Assembly: GCA_963789395.1 (NCBI GenBank)
Contig: CAWBKP010000024.1
Coordinates: 64,001-128,000, forward strand
Direction: 5' to 3'
DNA length: 64,000 bases
From: an uncultured delta proteobacterium
Lineage (GTDB): Bacteria > Desulfobacterota > Desulfobacteria > Desulfobacterales > Desulfatirhabdiaceae
Shown here: positions 53,701 to 63,773 of the stretch, piece by piece
Layout: each line of letters starts with the position of its first letter
Numbering within the stretch: position 1 is the first letter of the stretch
Program-made: the position numbers and the translations under genes
The notes under the pieces: model-generated
What the model saw: the letters and a program-made list of their open reading frames with translations, nothing else
The model's database searches: none
What the model was told of the DNA's origin: nothing

Positions 53701-54919
53701 GAAAAGCTGGGACACCCGCTCACGGGAAGCCGGATCCAGGGAACGGGCAATGCCATATTCAGAAAGGGCAAAAAAATACGCTGTCAGCGGATTTTTTCCA
53801 GGCCGGATTCCGGAAAGGATCATTGGCGGCAGCTTCGATTTCAAATTTCTGGATAAAACAGATGGCTTGCATCAACGCAAAAAGGGAGTTCAGATCTTTT
53901 CCATGAAACCGGTTGGATCGGGCAGATTTAAGGGCGGCATCCATTTGATCAAACAGAGAACTTCCCGCCTGTTTTAAAAGCGCCAGAAGATAGAAAATAC
54001 CTGCCAGGCCCTTAAAATATTCGCTCTTGTTTTTAGTCAATTTCCGCAGCTGATACAAATCTGTCTCAAACTGTTGCACAGCGGTTTTCCCGTCACCTTC
54101 CAGAAGAAAAGCCCATCCCGAAAATCCGCTCAGGAGCGGCGATACGGCAGTTCCTGCAAGAAGCTTTCTAACGGTGGTGATTTGACCGCCTAGGAGCAGT
54201 CGCGGGATAAGGTGGGTATAAAATTCCGCCCGGTCGCTGTCGGGCAGGAGTTCGAGAAACGCCGGACTGATGCTGTAAGCCAGCGCATCGGTATCCGAAT
54301 CCAGAGAAGACAGGGTATGTGAAAAGATGGCGGTCAAGGCGAAGATCTGAATATCAATCGGCAGGCGGCTGAACCAGCGGCGGTCAAATGGATTCTGAAA
54401 CACACGAACAAAGGGATCCACGAAACCGGAATCCTGAGCATACTGGAAAATCAGTTGCTGGTGGCATTCCCGGATAAGCGGCAAGTTCAGCGAATAAATG
54501 CCGATGCGTAAATCACGCACCAGGCGATGGCGATGCTGTTCTGAGCCTGCCGGATAGCGGTAATAATCAGAAAATGGCATGATATCATGAACCGCATCGA
54601 CCAGGTCCTGAAAATATGTCGAATCCGGACGTTCGGCAGCCTGCCGGATAGCTATTTCCATGAAATCTGAATGGCACTGGAACCGGTCCGTCAGAAGATG
54701 TAATTCTTGAAGGTGCTGTAATAACAGACTGATGTCTTTTAAAGATACAATCCGGGGATACCGGGTTGCCAGACATGTCCTGCGAAAACAACTGTAAACA
54801 ACCGGGGCGGTCGTGGGTTCATAGATCACGGCGCACAGGTGAATCAGGGACTGTTCCAGGGCGGGAAGATCCTGATAAACACCCCAAAGGTTATTCCGGA
54901 CAAGTTCTTGCTCGAACAT
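50710..54919 (-). CDS. Large SNF2-family helicase/ATPase (~1400 aa, frameshift near 53822)
   Basis: LADDMGLGKT, DEAQ, TGTPIEN, SLKAGGLGLNL, WWNPAVEAQA.DRAHRIGQ. The upstream ORF joins with a single indel. GAGG RBS before MFEQ. Confidence 0.9.
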
Positions 54920-54959
54920 GAAATACCTCTCAAATGATTTTTTCATTACAGCCGCACGC

Positions 54960-54993
54960 AATACCTGTCAACTCAAAAGGCTTGACAGGTATT
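54960..54993. promoter_or_regulatory. 12-bp inverted repeat containing back-to-back TTGACA hexamers between divergent genes
   Basis: AATACCTGTCAA-N10-TTGACAGGTATT. Confidence 0.5.
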
Positions 54994-55197
54994 TCATCCG
55001 TGGTTCATTATCGAGACAGGTGCACTGCGGTTCCATTTTGAATTCCCGTGCTTATTTTCTTTAATAAGTCCTGATTCCTGATTCTGTAGCGATGCAGCAA
55101 GTGAAATCTGCATAGGGTCAGTATTTTCAAGGCAGTGTTGTCTTTGAGGGAAATGTCCTGAAAAACGGTATTTTCAGTTGAAAAAGGAGAATATGCC

Positions 55198-56160
55198 ATG
55201 ACAGAGAAAGTCGTTAAAACCGAACAGGAGTGGAAAAAGCTGCTGACGCCCGAGCAGTTTCACATCATGCGGGAGAAGGGGACTGAGCGGGCTTTTACCG
55301 GCAAGTACGCGGATCATCATGATCATGGCGTTTACCGCTGCGCGGGTTGTGATCTGGATCTGTTTTATTCGAAAGACAAATTTGAGTCCGGGACCGGTTG
55401 GCCGAGTTTTACGACTCCGGTTGCTCCGGAGAACATTGAGTCCCTGACTGACAACAGCCTGTTCATGACCCGGACCGAAGTCCTGTGCATCCGCTGCGGG
55501 GCGCATCTGGGTCATGTCTTTCCGGATGGCCCTTTGCCGACCGGCCTGCGTTACTGTATCAATTCGGCAGCCCTTGAGTTTGCGGCAATCGCCGCAGATG
55601 GAACAAAACCATTGGAAGCTCTTGCCGGTAAAACGGAAAAAGCCATCTTTGCCGGCGGATGTTTCTGGTGCATGGAGTCGCCATTTGAAAAACTGCCGGG
55701 GGTGATTTCGGTGATTTCCGGATACACCGGCGGCGTAAAAGAAAACCCGACATATGAGGAGGTGTCGTCCGGAGGAACCGGACACGCGGAGGCTGTTGAA
55801 ATAACATTTGATCCTGAAAAAATCGATTATGAAAAACTGCTGGAAGTTTTCTGGAAGAATATCGACCCGACCGCAGTTGACCGTCAGTTCGTGGATGTCG
55901 GAACCCAGTACCGGGCGGCGGTTTTCTATCTGAACGACCAGCAGAAAAGACTTGCCGAAGCATCCCGGGAAAAACTTCAGAAAACCGGCCGTTTCACCCG
56001 GCCGATCATGACCGAAATCAAACAGGCTTCCGTGTTTTATCCGGCTGAAGACTACCATCAGGATTATCACAAGAAAAATCCGATACGATACAATATCTAT
56101 CGCAATGGGTCCGGAAGGGATCAATTTCTGGACAGTATCTGGGGCAAAGACCGGAAATAA
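55198..56160 (+). CDS. msrAB: Bifunctional peptide-methionine sulfoxide reductase (MsrB-MsrA order)
   Basis: MsrB motifs GTERAFTG, GWPSF, HLGHVF and RYCINS; MsrA motifs GGCFWCME, GHAE and AEDYHQDY. Confidence 0.95.
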   Translation: MTEKVVKTEQEWKKLLTPEQFHIMREKGTERAFTGKYADHHDHGVYRCAGCDLDLFYSKDKFESGTGWPSFTTPVAPENIESLTDNSLFMTRTEVLCIRCGAHLGHVFPDGPLPTGLRYCINSAALEFAAIAADGTKPLEALAGKTEKAIFAGGCFWCMESPFEKLPGVISVISGYTGGVKENPTYEEVSSGGTGHAEAVEITFDPEKIDYEKLLEVFWKNIDPTAVDRQFVDVGTQYRAAVFYLNDQQKRLAEASREKLQKTGRFTRPIMTEIKQASVFYPAEDYHQDYHKKNPIRYNIYRNGSGRDQFLDSIWGKDRK

Positions 56161-56171
56161 GGATGCTTAAC

Positions 56172-56275
56172 ATGGCACGTCTCGACCAATTGCCTGAACC
56201 ATTGCGCTCTCACATTGCAACACTGCCATGTCCATTGTTTGAAACATCGACATGGTTAGCCGGCCCGGTGCTGTC
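56172..56275 (+). pseudogene. Possible 5' remnant of a GrdB/PrdB-like reductase B family gene
   Basis: MARLDQLPEPLRSHIATLPCPLFETSTWLAGPVLS resembles, from memory, the N-terminus of short selenoprotein-B family proteins. The similarity stops abruptly. Confidence 0.4.
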
Positions 56276-56351
56276 ACTAACAAATGATAATGAAAACATG
56301 ACATGCAGCGGGGCCTTTCATGGACGACAAATTTTTCTGAGAGGATAAAAT

Positions 56352-57059
56352 GTGATGAAACGGGAAAAAAGCGGAAAAATAATCGTCAAGGTTGTCATGT
56401 TAGTTCTCATCGCGATAGGCATCGTCGTCTTCCGATATTATGACTTGGGACAATACCTTAAACTGGAGTACATCAAGTCGTCACAGGATAAATTTCACGC
56501 CCTCTACCTTTTGCACCGGTTTAGCGTCATTGCCGCCTATATGGGGATCTATATTACTGTCGCCGCCCTGTCGCTGCCTGGCGCCGCGGTGCTGACCCTG
56601 GCAGGCGGCGGGCTGTTCGGTTTGGCCGTTGGAACCGTGGCCGTCTCTTTTGCCAGCACCATCGGGGCCACCCTGGCCTGTTTGTTCTCTCGCTTTCTCT
56701 TGAGGGAATGGGTCCAGAACAAATTCGGCGACAAGCTTGTGACGATCAACGACGGCATTGAAAAAGAAGGGGCTTTTTATCTTTTTTCGCTTCGACTGGT
56801 ACCGATTTTTCCGTTTTTTGTCATCAATCTGCTCATGGGGCTTACCCGCATGCGTCTGTTCACCTTTTTCTGGGTGTCTCAGATCGGCATGCTTGCCGGG
56901 ACCATTGTCTATGTGAATGCCGGTAAAGAACTGGCCAAGATCAATTCCTTGTCCGGCATCCTGTCTCCGGGCGTTTTGATCTCCTTTGCGGTGCTTGGCC
57001 TTTTCCCGATCATCATGACAAAACTGCTGGCGCTTTATAAGCGGAAATCCGGATACTGA
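56352..57059 (+). CDS. TVP38/TMEM64 (DedA/VTT) family membrane protein
   Basis: Motifs LSLPGA.VLTLAGG, STIGA, LRLVPIFPFFVIN and SQIGML.GT.VYV. Confidence 0.92.
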   Translation: MMKREKSGKIIVKVVMLVLIAIGIVVFRYYDLGQYLKLEYIKSSQDKFHALYLLHRFSVIAAYMGIYITVAALSLPGAAVLTLAGGGLFGLAVGTVAVSFASTIGATLACLFSRFLLREWVQNKFGDKLVTINDGIEKEGAFYLFSLRLVPIFPFFVINLLMGLTRMRLFTFFWVSQIGMLAGTIVYVNAGKELAKINSLSGILSPGVLISFAVLGLFPIIMTKLLALYKRKSGY

Positions 57060-57214
57060 TCCCCGCCTTCGCGCCGTCAGACCGGCTGGACGGGGCTTGT
57101 GGCCAAACTTATCCAGCAATCGGGGACAATTTTTTCATAGCAATTGGACGGATCATGCCGGAACCACTTCGTCAACCCCCTACGATGCTTAGAAAGAAAA
57201 GGAGCAGCAAGTCC

Positions 57215-58042
57215 ATGAAAATATGTATACATTCGATTTCCATCACCTGCATGGCCGCATTTCTTCTGGCCGCAGTGTCAGCAGCCTCGGCAGGCGTTGG
57301 TTCGGCCCAGGCGTTCGACCAGACGTATGAGAGCTATGACAAGGTTTTGAAGACAACCGTCGCGGATGGCCGCGTGAACTATAGCGGCCTGAAAAGTGCC
57401 CCCAAAGCACTGGAGTCTTATCTGGACAGTGCGGCCGGGGTCCCGGAAGAACAATTCAACTCATGGACGGAATCCCAGCGATTGGCGTTCCTGATCAACC
57501 TTTACAATGCGGCCACATTGAAGCTGATTATTGATCACTATCCGGTCAAGAGCATCAAGGACATCGGCAATTTCTTCAAGGGACCGTGGGATCAGCCTGC
57601 TGTAAAACTGTTCGGCAAGACCATCACCTTGAACCATCTGGAGCACGGCATCCTGCGCAAGCAGTATAGCGAGCCGCGTCTCCACATGGTTCTGGTCTGT
57701 GCCGCAAAGGGCTGCCCTGCTACTTCGCAACGAAGCTTACCATGCCGAAAAACTGGATGAACAGCTCAACGACCAGTCCCGGCGATATCTGCTTAGCCCG
57801 GCCGGGCTGAGCATTGACCGCGAGAAAAAGGTTGTCTATTTCTCATCGATATTTAAGTGGTACGGGGAAGACTTTATTGCCAAGTACTCGCCGAATGCCG
57901 GATTCACCGGGCTCGACAAGACCGAGCGCGCAGTTGCAAACTTTTGCAGCGCATACCTTGTCTCCGCAGACAGTGACTTTCTTTCGGCCGGAGGGTATCG
58001 GTCAAATACCTGGATTATGACTGGTCGTTGAACGAGAAATAG
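57215..58042 (+). CDS. DUF547 domain exported protein (two frameshifts)
   Basis: Signal peptide, then AFLINLYNA, EHGILR, EPRLH..LVCAA.GCP, SIFKWY.EDF and YDWSLN. Confidence 0.85.
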
Positions 58043-58095
58043 AAAAACAGCCGTAGATAAATGCAATCAACAGATTGAGCATCGGAGGGATATCA

Positions 58096-59625
58096 ATGTC
58101 AAAAGATGAAAATGATCAAAATATATTAAATCCGTGGGACAAGTATAACCAGCAGCTGGCAGTCGCACGTTCATCCGGCCGATTGGAAGAATCCGAAACC
58201 CGCATCACGCTACAATCTGGTGGTCATCGGCGCCGGAACCGCAGGGCTCGTATGCGCGGCGGGAGCAGCCGGCCTGGGGGCAAAGGTTGCCTTGATCGAG
58301 CGTCACCTGATGGGGGGCGACTGCCTGAATGTCGGCTGTGTGCCGTCCAAGGCCTTGATCAGCGCATCCCGCGCTGCCGCTGCCGTGCGGGATGCCGGAG
58401 AGTTCGGGGTGCACGTTCCGGATGGCGTGAAGGTTGATTTCGGGCAAGCCATGGAGCGGATGCGCCGGTTGCGGGCATCCATTGCCCCGAACGACTCCGT
58501 CAAGCGGTTCACCGACCTGGGGATCGATGTGTTTATCGGCGCGGGGCGATTTGTCGATTCCAGTACAGTTGAAGTCGGAGGCGAGCGGCTGTCCTTTAAA
58601 AAGGCGGTCATCGCCACGGGCGCACGGGCTTCGGCCCCTCCCATCGTTGGGGCTGGACGAAGTGGCGTATCTGACCAATGAAACCCTGTTTTCCCTGACC
58701 GAGCTTCCCAAGCGGCTGGCCGTCATCGGCGCAGGGCCCATCGGCTGCGAAATGGCCCAGGCATTTGCCCGTTTCGGATCGGAAGTGTTTCTGCTGGAAA
58801 CCGTTCATGGCATCCTGCCCAGGGAAGACAGCGATGCCTCGGCCCTGGTTCTTGAATCCATGGTCAAGGACGGCGTCAAGCTTCTTTGCTGCGGCAAGGA
58901 GTTGAAGCTGTCCAGGGCAGATGGCGGCGGGATCCGCCTGGTCGTTGAATCGCATGGCAAAGGATATGATCTCGTGGTTGACAGGCTTCTGGTCGCGGTG
59001 GGGCGTTCCCCCAATGTCGAGAACCTGGGGCTGGAAGAGGCGGGCGTGGTCTACACGAAAAAAGGCGTCCAGGTGAATGATCAGCTTCAAACAACCGTTC
59101 CCAATATTTATGCGGCAGGGGACATCTGCTCGCCGTATCAATTCACCCATGCAGCCGATTTCATGGCCCGCATCGTGATTCGAAACGCCTTGTTCTTTGG
59201 CCGTGCCAAGGCCAGTGCGCTGACCATTCCCTGGTGCACCTACACGGAGCCCGAAATCGCCCATGTCGGGACTATACGAGAATCAGGCGCAGGAACAAGG
59301 GATCGAAATTGATACATTCACACGGGAATTACATGACGTCGACCGATCGATTCTTGAAGGCCGCACCAATGGTCTGGTGCGCGTGCATGTTCGCAAAGGC
59401 ACGGACCGGATCATCGGCGCAACGATTGTTGCATCCAATGCCGGAGATATGATATCCGAGATTACGCTGGCCATGACAAACGGTCTGGGACTTAAGCACA
59501 TTGCCGGGACCATCCACCCTTACCCGACCCAGGCCGAGGCGATCCGGCAGGTTGCGGACGCTTACAATCGCACGCGGCTGACGCCGATGGTCAAGAAACT
59601 TTTTTCAAGGTGGATGGCATGGTAG
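58096..59625 (+). CDS. Flavoprotein disulfide reductase of the mercuric-reductase/lipoamide-dehydrogenase family (three frameshifts)
   Basis: GAGTAG, GGDCLNVGCVPSK, GAGPIGCE, AAGDI and IHPYPT. No N-terminal HMA domain and no C-terminal Cys-Cys. Confidence 0.85.
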
Positions 59626-59680
59626 CGGTGACCGGATGGCGGATTGTCTTATCAAACAACAACCCGAGAAGAGGGAAAAC

Positions 59681-60016
59681 ATGACGCAATCCTATTATGA
59701 ACCCAAGGACCTGGCCGACTTTCCGAATATCGGAGAGTTTGCTCCGGAAGAAGCGAAAAAATTCTTTGATTATTATGCCCAGGCCACCGGACCGGGCAAA
59801 TTGACGGAGCGGGAAAAGTCTCTGATCGCGCTTGTCGTTGCGACCGTGCGGCATTGTCCCTACTGCATCGATGCCTACACCAACAAATGCCTCTCGCTGG
59901 GGGTGGACAATGACGAGATGATGGAGGCCGTCCATGTGGGCGCTGCCATGGTGGCCGGAGATGTTCTGGCTCATGCGACACAGATCCGCAAAATCATCCG
60001 GAAAAAAGGAATGTAA
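59681..60016 (+). CDS. Carboxymuconolactone-decarboxylase/AhpD-like protein of the arsS-associated type
   Basis: YYEPKDL..F..IG, FFDYY, LTEREKSLIAL and CPYCIDAY. Directly upstream of arsS. Confidence 0.85.
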   Translation: MTQSYYEPKDLADFPNIGEFAPEEAKKFFDYYAQATGPGKLTEREKSLIALVVATVRHCPYCIDAYTNKCLSLGVDNDEMMEAVHVGAAMVAGDVLAHATQIRKIIRKKGM

Positions 60017-61023
60017 TGCCGATGTCGAGACAGATGGCGCTCTTATCAGAAACTGCGGCGGAGAATCGTTTTCCACCGTTATCCGCAAATCAGGGATTTC
60101 TTCCTTGTGCGCAGAGGGAATCGAGATTCTTCAGATGAACATCACCCGGCAATGCAATCTCAGTTGCCGGCACTGTCATGTGGAGGCCGGTCCGGACAGA
60201 AACGAGAGCATGGACCGAAAAACCCTTGAACTCTGTCTTCTGGCAGCCGATACACACGCTATCGGGACCATTGACGTTACCGGCGGTTCGCCGGAGCTTC
60301 ACCCGGATCTTCCCTGGTTTCTGGAACAGGCTGTCCGGACCGGCCGCCGGGTCATTGTCAGAAGCAATCTCGTCATTCTCCAGGATTTGAAATATGCTTT
60401 TTATCTGGATCTCTTCGCCCGCCTGGGCATCGAAGTCGTGGGCTCCGTTCCGGACTACCGGTTGGATCGCGCCGAACGCCAGCGCGGGAAGAGCACGTTT
60501 CTGCAGGCCATAGCGTCCATCCGCGAGCTGAACAAAAGAGGGTATGGCATGCCGGGCAGCGGGCTAACCCTGAGCCTGGCTCATAACCCCTCCGGCGCCT
60601 ACCTGCCCGCGGGCCAGGCGTCTCTGGAGCATGAGTACCGGTTTCGTCTTCGGGAAGCGTATGGAATCGAGTTCAACCGCTTATTCTGCCTGACGAACTG
60701 TCCGGTGGGCCGCTATCTGGAGTATCTGGTCAGCAGCGAGAATTTTGATGATTATATGTGTACGCTTAAGAAATGCCTTCAATCCCGCCGCAGTGCGAAA
60801 TGTGATGTGCCGGACCACGCTGTCCGTGGGATGGGACGGTCGCCTTTTTGATTGCGATTTTAACCAGATGCTGGATATGTCCGTGAACAGCGGCGCGTCA
60901 AAGCATATCCGTGATTTTGATTTCGATAAGCTGGCGAGCCGGGAAATCATGATTATGAATCATTGTTTTGCCTGTACGGCCGGCGCGGGGTCCTCCTGCC
61001 AGGGAGAGCTGGCCCCCTCATAG
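60016..61023 (+). CDS. arsS: Arsenosugar biosynthesis radical SAM protein ArsS-like (indels near the start and near 60770)
   Basis: CNLSCRHCHVEAGP, TGGSPE, MCRTTLSVGWDG.LFDCDFNQML and HCFACTAGAGSSCQG. ATG overlaps the upstream TAA. Confidence 0.82.
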
Positions 61024-61045
61024 GGAAGCGAAAAAGGGTGCGGGT

Positions 61046-61829
61046 TTATCTGTTCGATTTGTTCCCGTAATACTTCCGGTAAAAATCATCGCAGTCGCCG
61101 GAAAGACGCCCGAATCTTCTTTTGATCAGATAAAGCGCCGTCAGGTAGATAACGTTCCGGAAATTGGAGCCATATCCGGCACGCTGCCACATTCTGCTGG
61201 AAGAGATCACGCCGCGGGGGATGAAGAGGACCGCGCCGTCTTCTTTCATTCGAAGGGACAGCTCGACGTCTTCCATCAGTTTGATGGCCGGAAAACTGTC
61301 CGCGAACAAGTCGCGCCTGAAAAACTGGGCCTGATCCCCGAATGAAATGCCTGAAACAACAGCCCTGAATCTGTTCAGAACCTCTATCCAGCGCATCCTG
61401 ATCCGTTTGTCGTCATAGATGGCGCCGAAACAGCCGCCGACTGCGCCGGGTTTGTTGCGCAGCGCAGCGAGCATGCGGGAAATCGTGTCAGGCAGAAGCC
61501 GCGAATCCGCATGGAGCACCATGACGATGTCATGCCGCGCATGGCAGACGCCTGTTTGCGATCTGGATTCCCCTTCCGGGAGCTGAAGAAAAAAGCCTGA
61601 CCCCGGAAAGGGTTTCCACGATTTCGCGGGTGCGATCCGTTGACCCGCCGTCAACCACAATGATTTCGGCGGGTTCTCCCGCTTTTTGAACGGAGTGGAT
61701 GCAGTCCCCGATATTTTTTTCTTCATTGCAGGTCGGGATGATTACCGAAACGCCGCGGGCGGCCGGAAAACGGGCAGTCCGGATTTTCAGGGGTGTTCCC
61801 ATCACTGTCTTTCCAACATGACTGAGCAC
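61046..61829 (-). CDS. GT2 glycosyltransferase of the arsS-associated type (TIGR04283-like), frameshift near 61555
   Basis: Motifs SVIIPTCNEE, VVDGGSTD, LHADS, FGDQAQF, LMEDVEL and SSRMW. Confidence 0.82.
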
Positions 61830-61879
61830 TCCATGGAAACCGAAATCCGACGGAAGCGAGCTGGTTGCCGGACTTGATT

Positions 61880-63235
61880 TCAGGACAACGCGGAGTTTGA
61901 GGGAGCCGCCTCTTTTTTTGCCATGGACTTGCGGAGTAGGTCCATCTGCAGCAGGGCGTCATATACGGGTTTATCTTTGAAATACTCGGGAATGCTGTAG
62001 GATATGATGGAGACGATCATCAGCGGCAGCAGCAAATCATAGGCACCAGTCATTTCCAGTATCAGAATGGTGCCGGTGATGGGTGCTCGGACAATCGCCG
62101 AAAAATATCCCGCCATTCCCAAAACTCCCCAGACCGTGAAGTCAAACGCTGCGGTCGGATAAATAGTGAGCACGACATACCCGAAAAATGAACCGGTCAA
62201 TGCGCCAAGTAGAAGCAGGGGGGCAAAAATGCCTCCAGGGGCTCCGGTACTGTAGCTGACCATGGTAAGGAGAAACCTCAGGATAAAATACAGTAGGAGC
62301 TGAGGGGGCCCGACTGCATTCCGCAATACTTTTTCAGTGAGGTCCCCGCCGGTTCCCAAAGATTCCGGCAGCACAAGCCCTATCAGTCCGAATCCGATGC
62401 CGATGGCGCAAGCAATTAGAATTTTATTTAGTAACGTGAAGCGCTGGAAATAATCGGATGCGCCCAGAAGGGATTTGTTGAATAACAGGCCAAGATACCC
62501 CAGAAAAAGTCCCATCAATATAAAAAACGGGAACATGCCGAGCTGGGGATATTTGAATATGGTAATATGAAAAACAGGCAGGTGGCCCATAAGCAAACGG
62601 CAAACAATATCGGCGGTCACGCATGCGACAAAAGCGGTTACCAGTACAATGCGATTGAAGCTGTTCTGTAATTCTTCCATTACAAAAAAAACCCCTGCAA
62701 GGGGCGCATTGAAGGCGGCTGCCAGGCCGGCGCCGGCACCGGCTGAAATCAATATTTTCCGTTCAACTCGGTTCGGGGCAAGAAGATCTCCAAAAATCTT
62801 AGCGATGGCCGCTCCCATTTGAACGGTCGGCCCTTCTCTTCCCAGAGCCAGTCCGCTGCCTATTCCGATGACGCCTCCGATGAATTTTACAAAGAGAACA
62901 CGCCAGGCACGTAGGGGGAAAAAACCTTCCAGATACCCCTTTAAATTGGGAATACCGCTGCCGCCCGCATCCGGGGCGAATTTGGCTGTAATAAACACAA
63001 CCAAAGCAACGCAAACACCAAAGAGTATCGCCGGTAACGGCCAATAATAGAATTCATGGGATTTTGCAAAGGAGATAAACGTATTCCGCAGTCTTTCTGC
63101 ATAATCCAGGCTGATACGAAAACCGACGGCAGTCAGCCCGGCAATGAGGCCGATTAATAGGCCTTTCAGTGACAGGATTCTTCTTTTAAGGATGATTCGG
63201 GACTGCTCCGATGGCGGATCTGGATGACTCTGCAT
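61880..63235 (-). CDS. clcA: ClC H+/Cl- exchange transporter
   Basis: GSGIP, GREGPTVQMG, AAAFNAPLAG..F..EE and GIFAP. Both glutamates are present. Confidence 0.9.
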   Translation of the reverse strand: MQSHPDPPSEQSRIILKRRILSLKGLLIGLIAGLTAVGFRISLDYAERLRNTFISFAKSHEFYYWPLPAILFGVCVALVVFITAKFAPDAGGSGIPNLKGYLEGFFPLRAWRVLFVKFIGGVIGIGSGLALGREGPTVQMGAAIAKIFGDLLAPNRVERKILISAGAGAGLAAAFNAPLAGVFFVMEELQNSFNRIVLVTAFVACVTADIVCRLLMGHLPVFHITIFKYPQLGMFPFFILMGLFLGYLGLLFNKSLLGASDYFQRFTLLNKILIACAIGIGFGLIGLVLPESLGTGGDLTEKVLRNAVGPPQLLLYFILRFLLTMVSYSTGAPGGIFAPLLLLGALTGSFFGYVVLTIYPTAAFDFTVWGVLGMAGYFSAIVRAPITGTILILEMTGAYDLLLPLMIVSIISYSIPEYFKDKPVYDALLQMDLLRKSMAKKEAAPSNSALS

Positions 63236-63538
63236 TATATTTCTTTCATTGGCGGAGAAAATAACTAATTATAGTTATCTTACAGGACGTTGAAGATCTT
63301 CTCAAGTTCTTTATTGCGGGCATAAGGACAATGCCGATATTTCCGATAGACCATGCGAGATGGAACAAAAAGAGATGCCGGTGATATGAAGATTGATATT
63401 GTGTGTCAATTAAATTTGGATTACAAATTACGGGGAGCGGGATCGGTAATGAGGGAATGATGCTGCAAAATGCAGAGGCTTTTAATGGGAATCCGGCATT
63501 GGGAATGCCAGAGCATTAAAAAAGACACGGGCGATAAA

Positions 63539-63773
63539 ATGAACGAGGAAGAGGATTCACTGACCCGGAAAAGCCGTATGAGGACAATTATCAATATGAT
63601 TGCTGGCACGGTGATCATCGCCGTTCTGGTTGTTGCGGCAAGAATCTTTGATTCTACAACAGTTTATTTGCGATGCGTTGTTAAGGATATCCGGTCTGTT
63701 GGCGACGGTTGCGGTTACGGTGTTTGTCACGCGTCTGGCGAGAAAAGCCCTGTCATCGAGCATTTCTCCGTGA
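63539..63773 (+). pseudogene. Internally deleted TVP38/TMEM64-like gene remnant
   Basis: N-terminal TM (IIAVLVVAARIFD), then with a 1-nt shift LQQFICDALLRISGL joined directly to the typical C-terminal LATVAVTVFVTRLARKAL*. Confidence 0.5.

Noticed and set aside
58096..59625. True mercury-resistance merA
   Set aside because: It lacks the C-terminal Cys-Cys and HMA domain, and there are no merR, merT or merP neighbours.
55198..61023. Selenocysteine recoding in msrBA, the CMD-like gene or arsS
   Set aside because: The relevant positions are TGC/TGT codons, and no in-frame TGA falls at a catalytic site.
61880..63420. Fluoride exporter (CLC-F) with a fluoride riboswitch
   Set aside because: The signature is GSGIP/GREGP (chloride type), not GNNLI/GREGT, and no riboswitch consensus is visible upstream.
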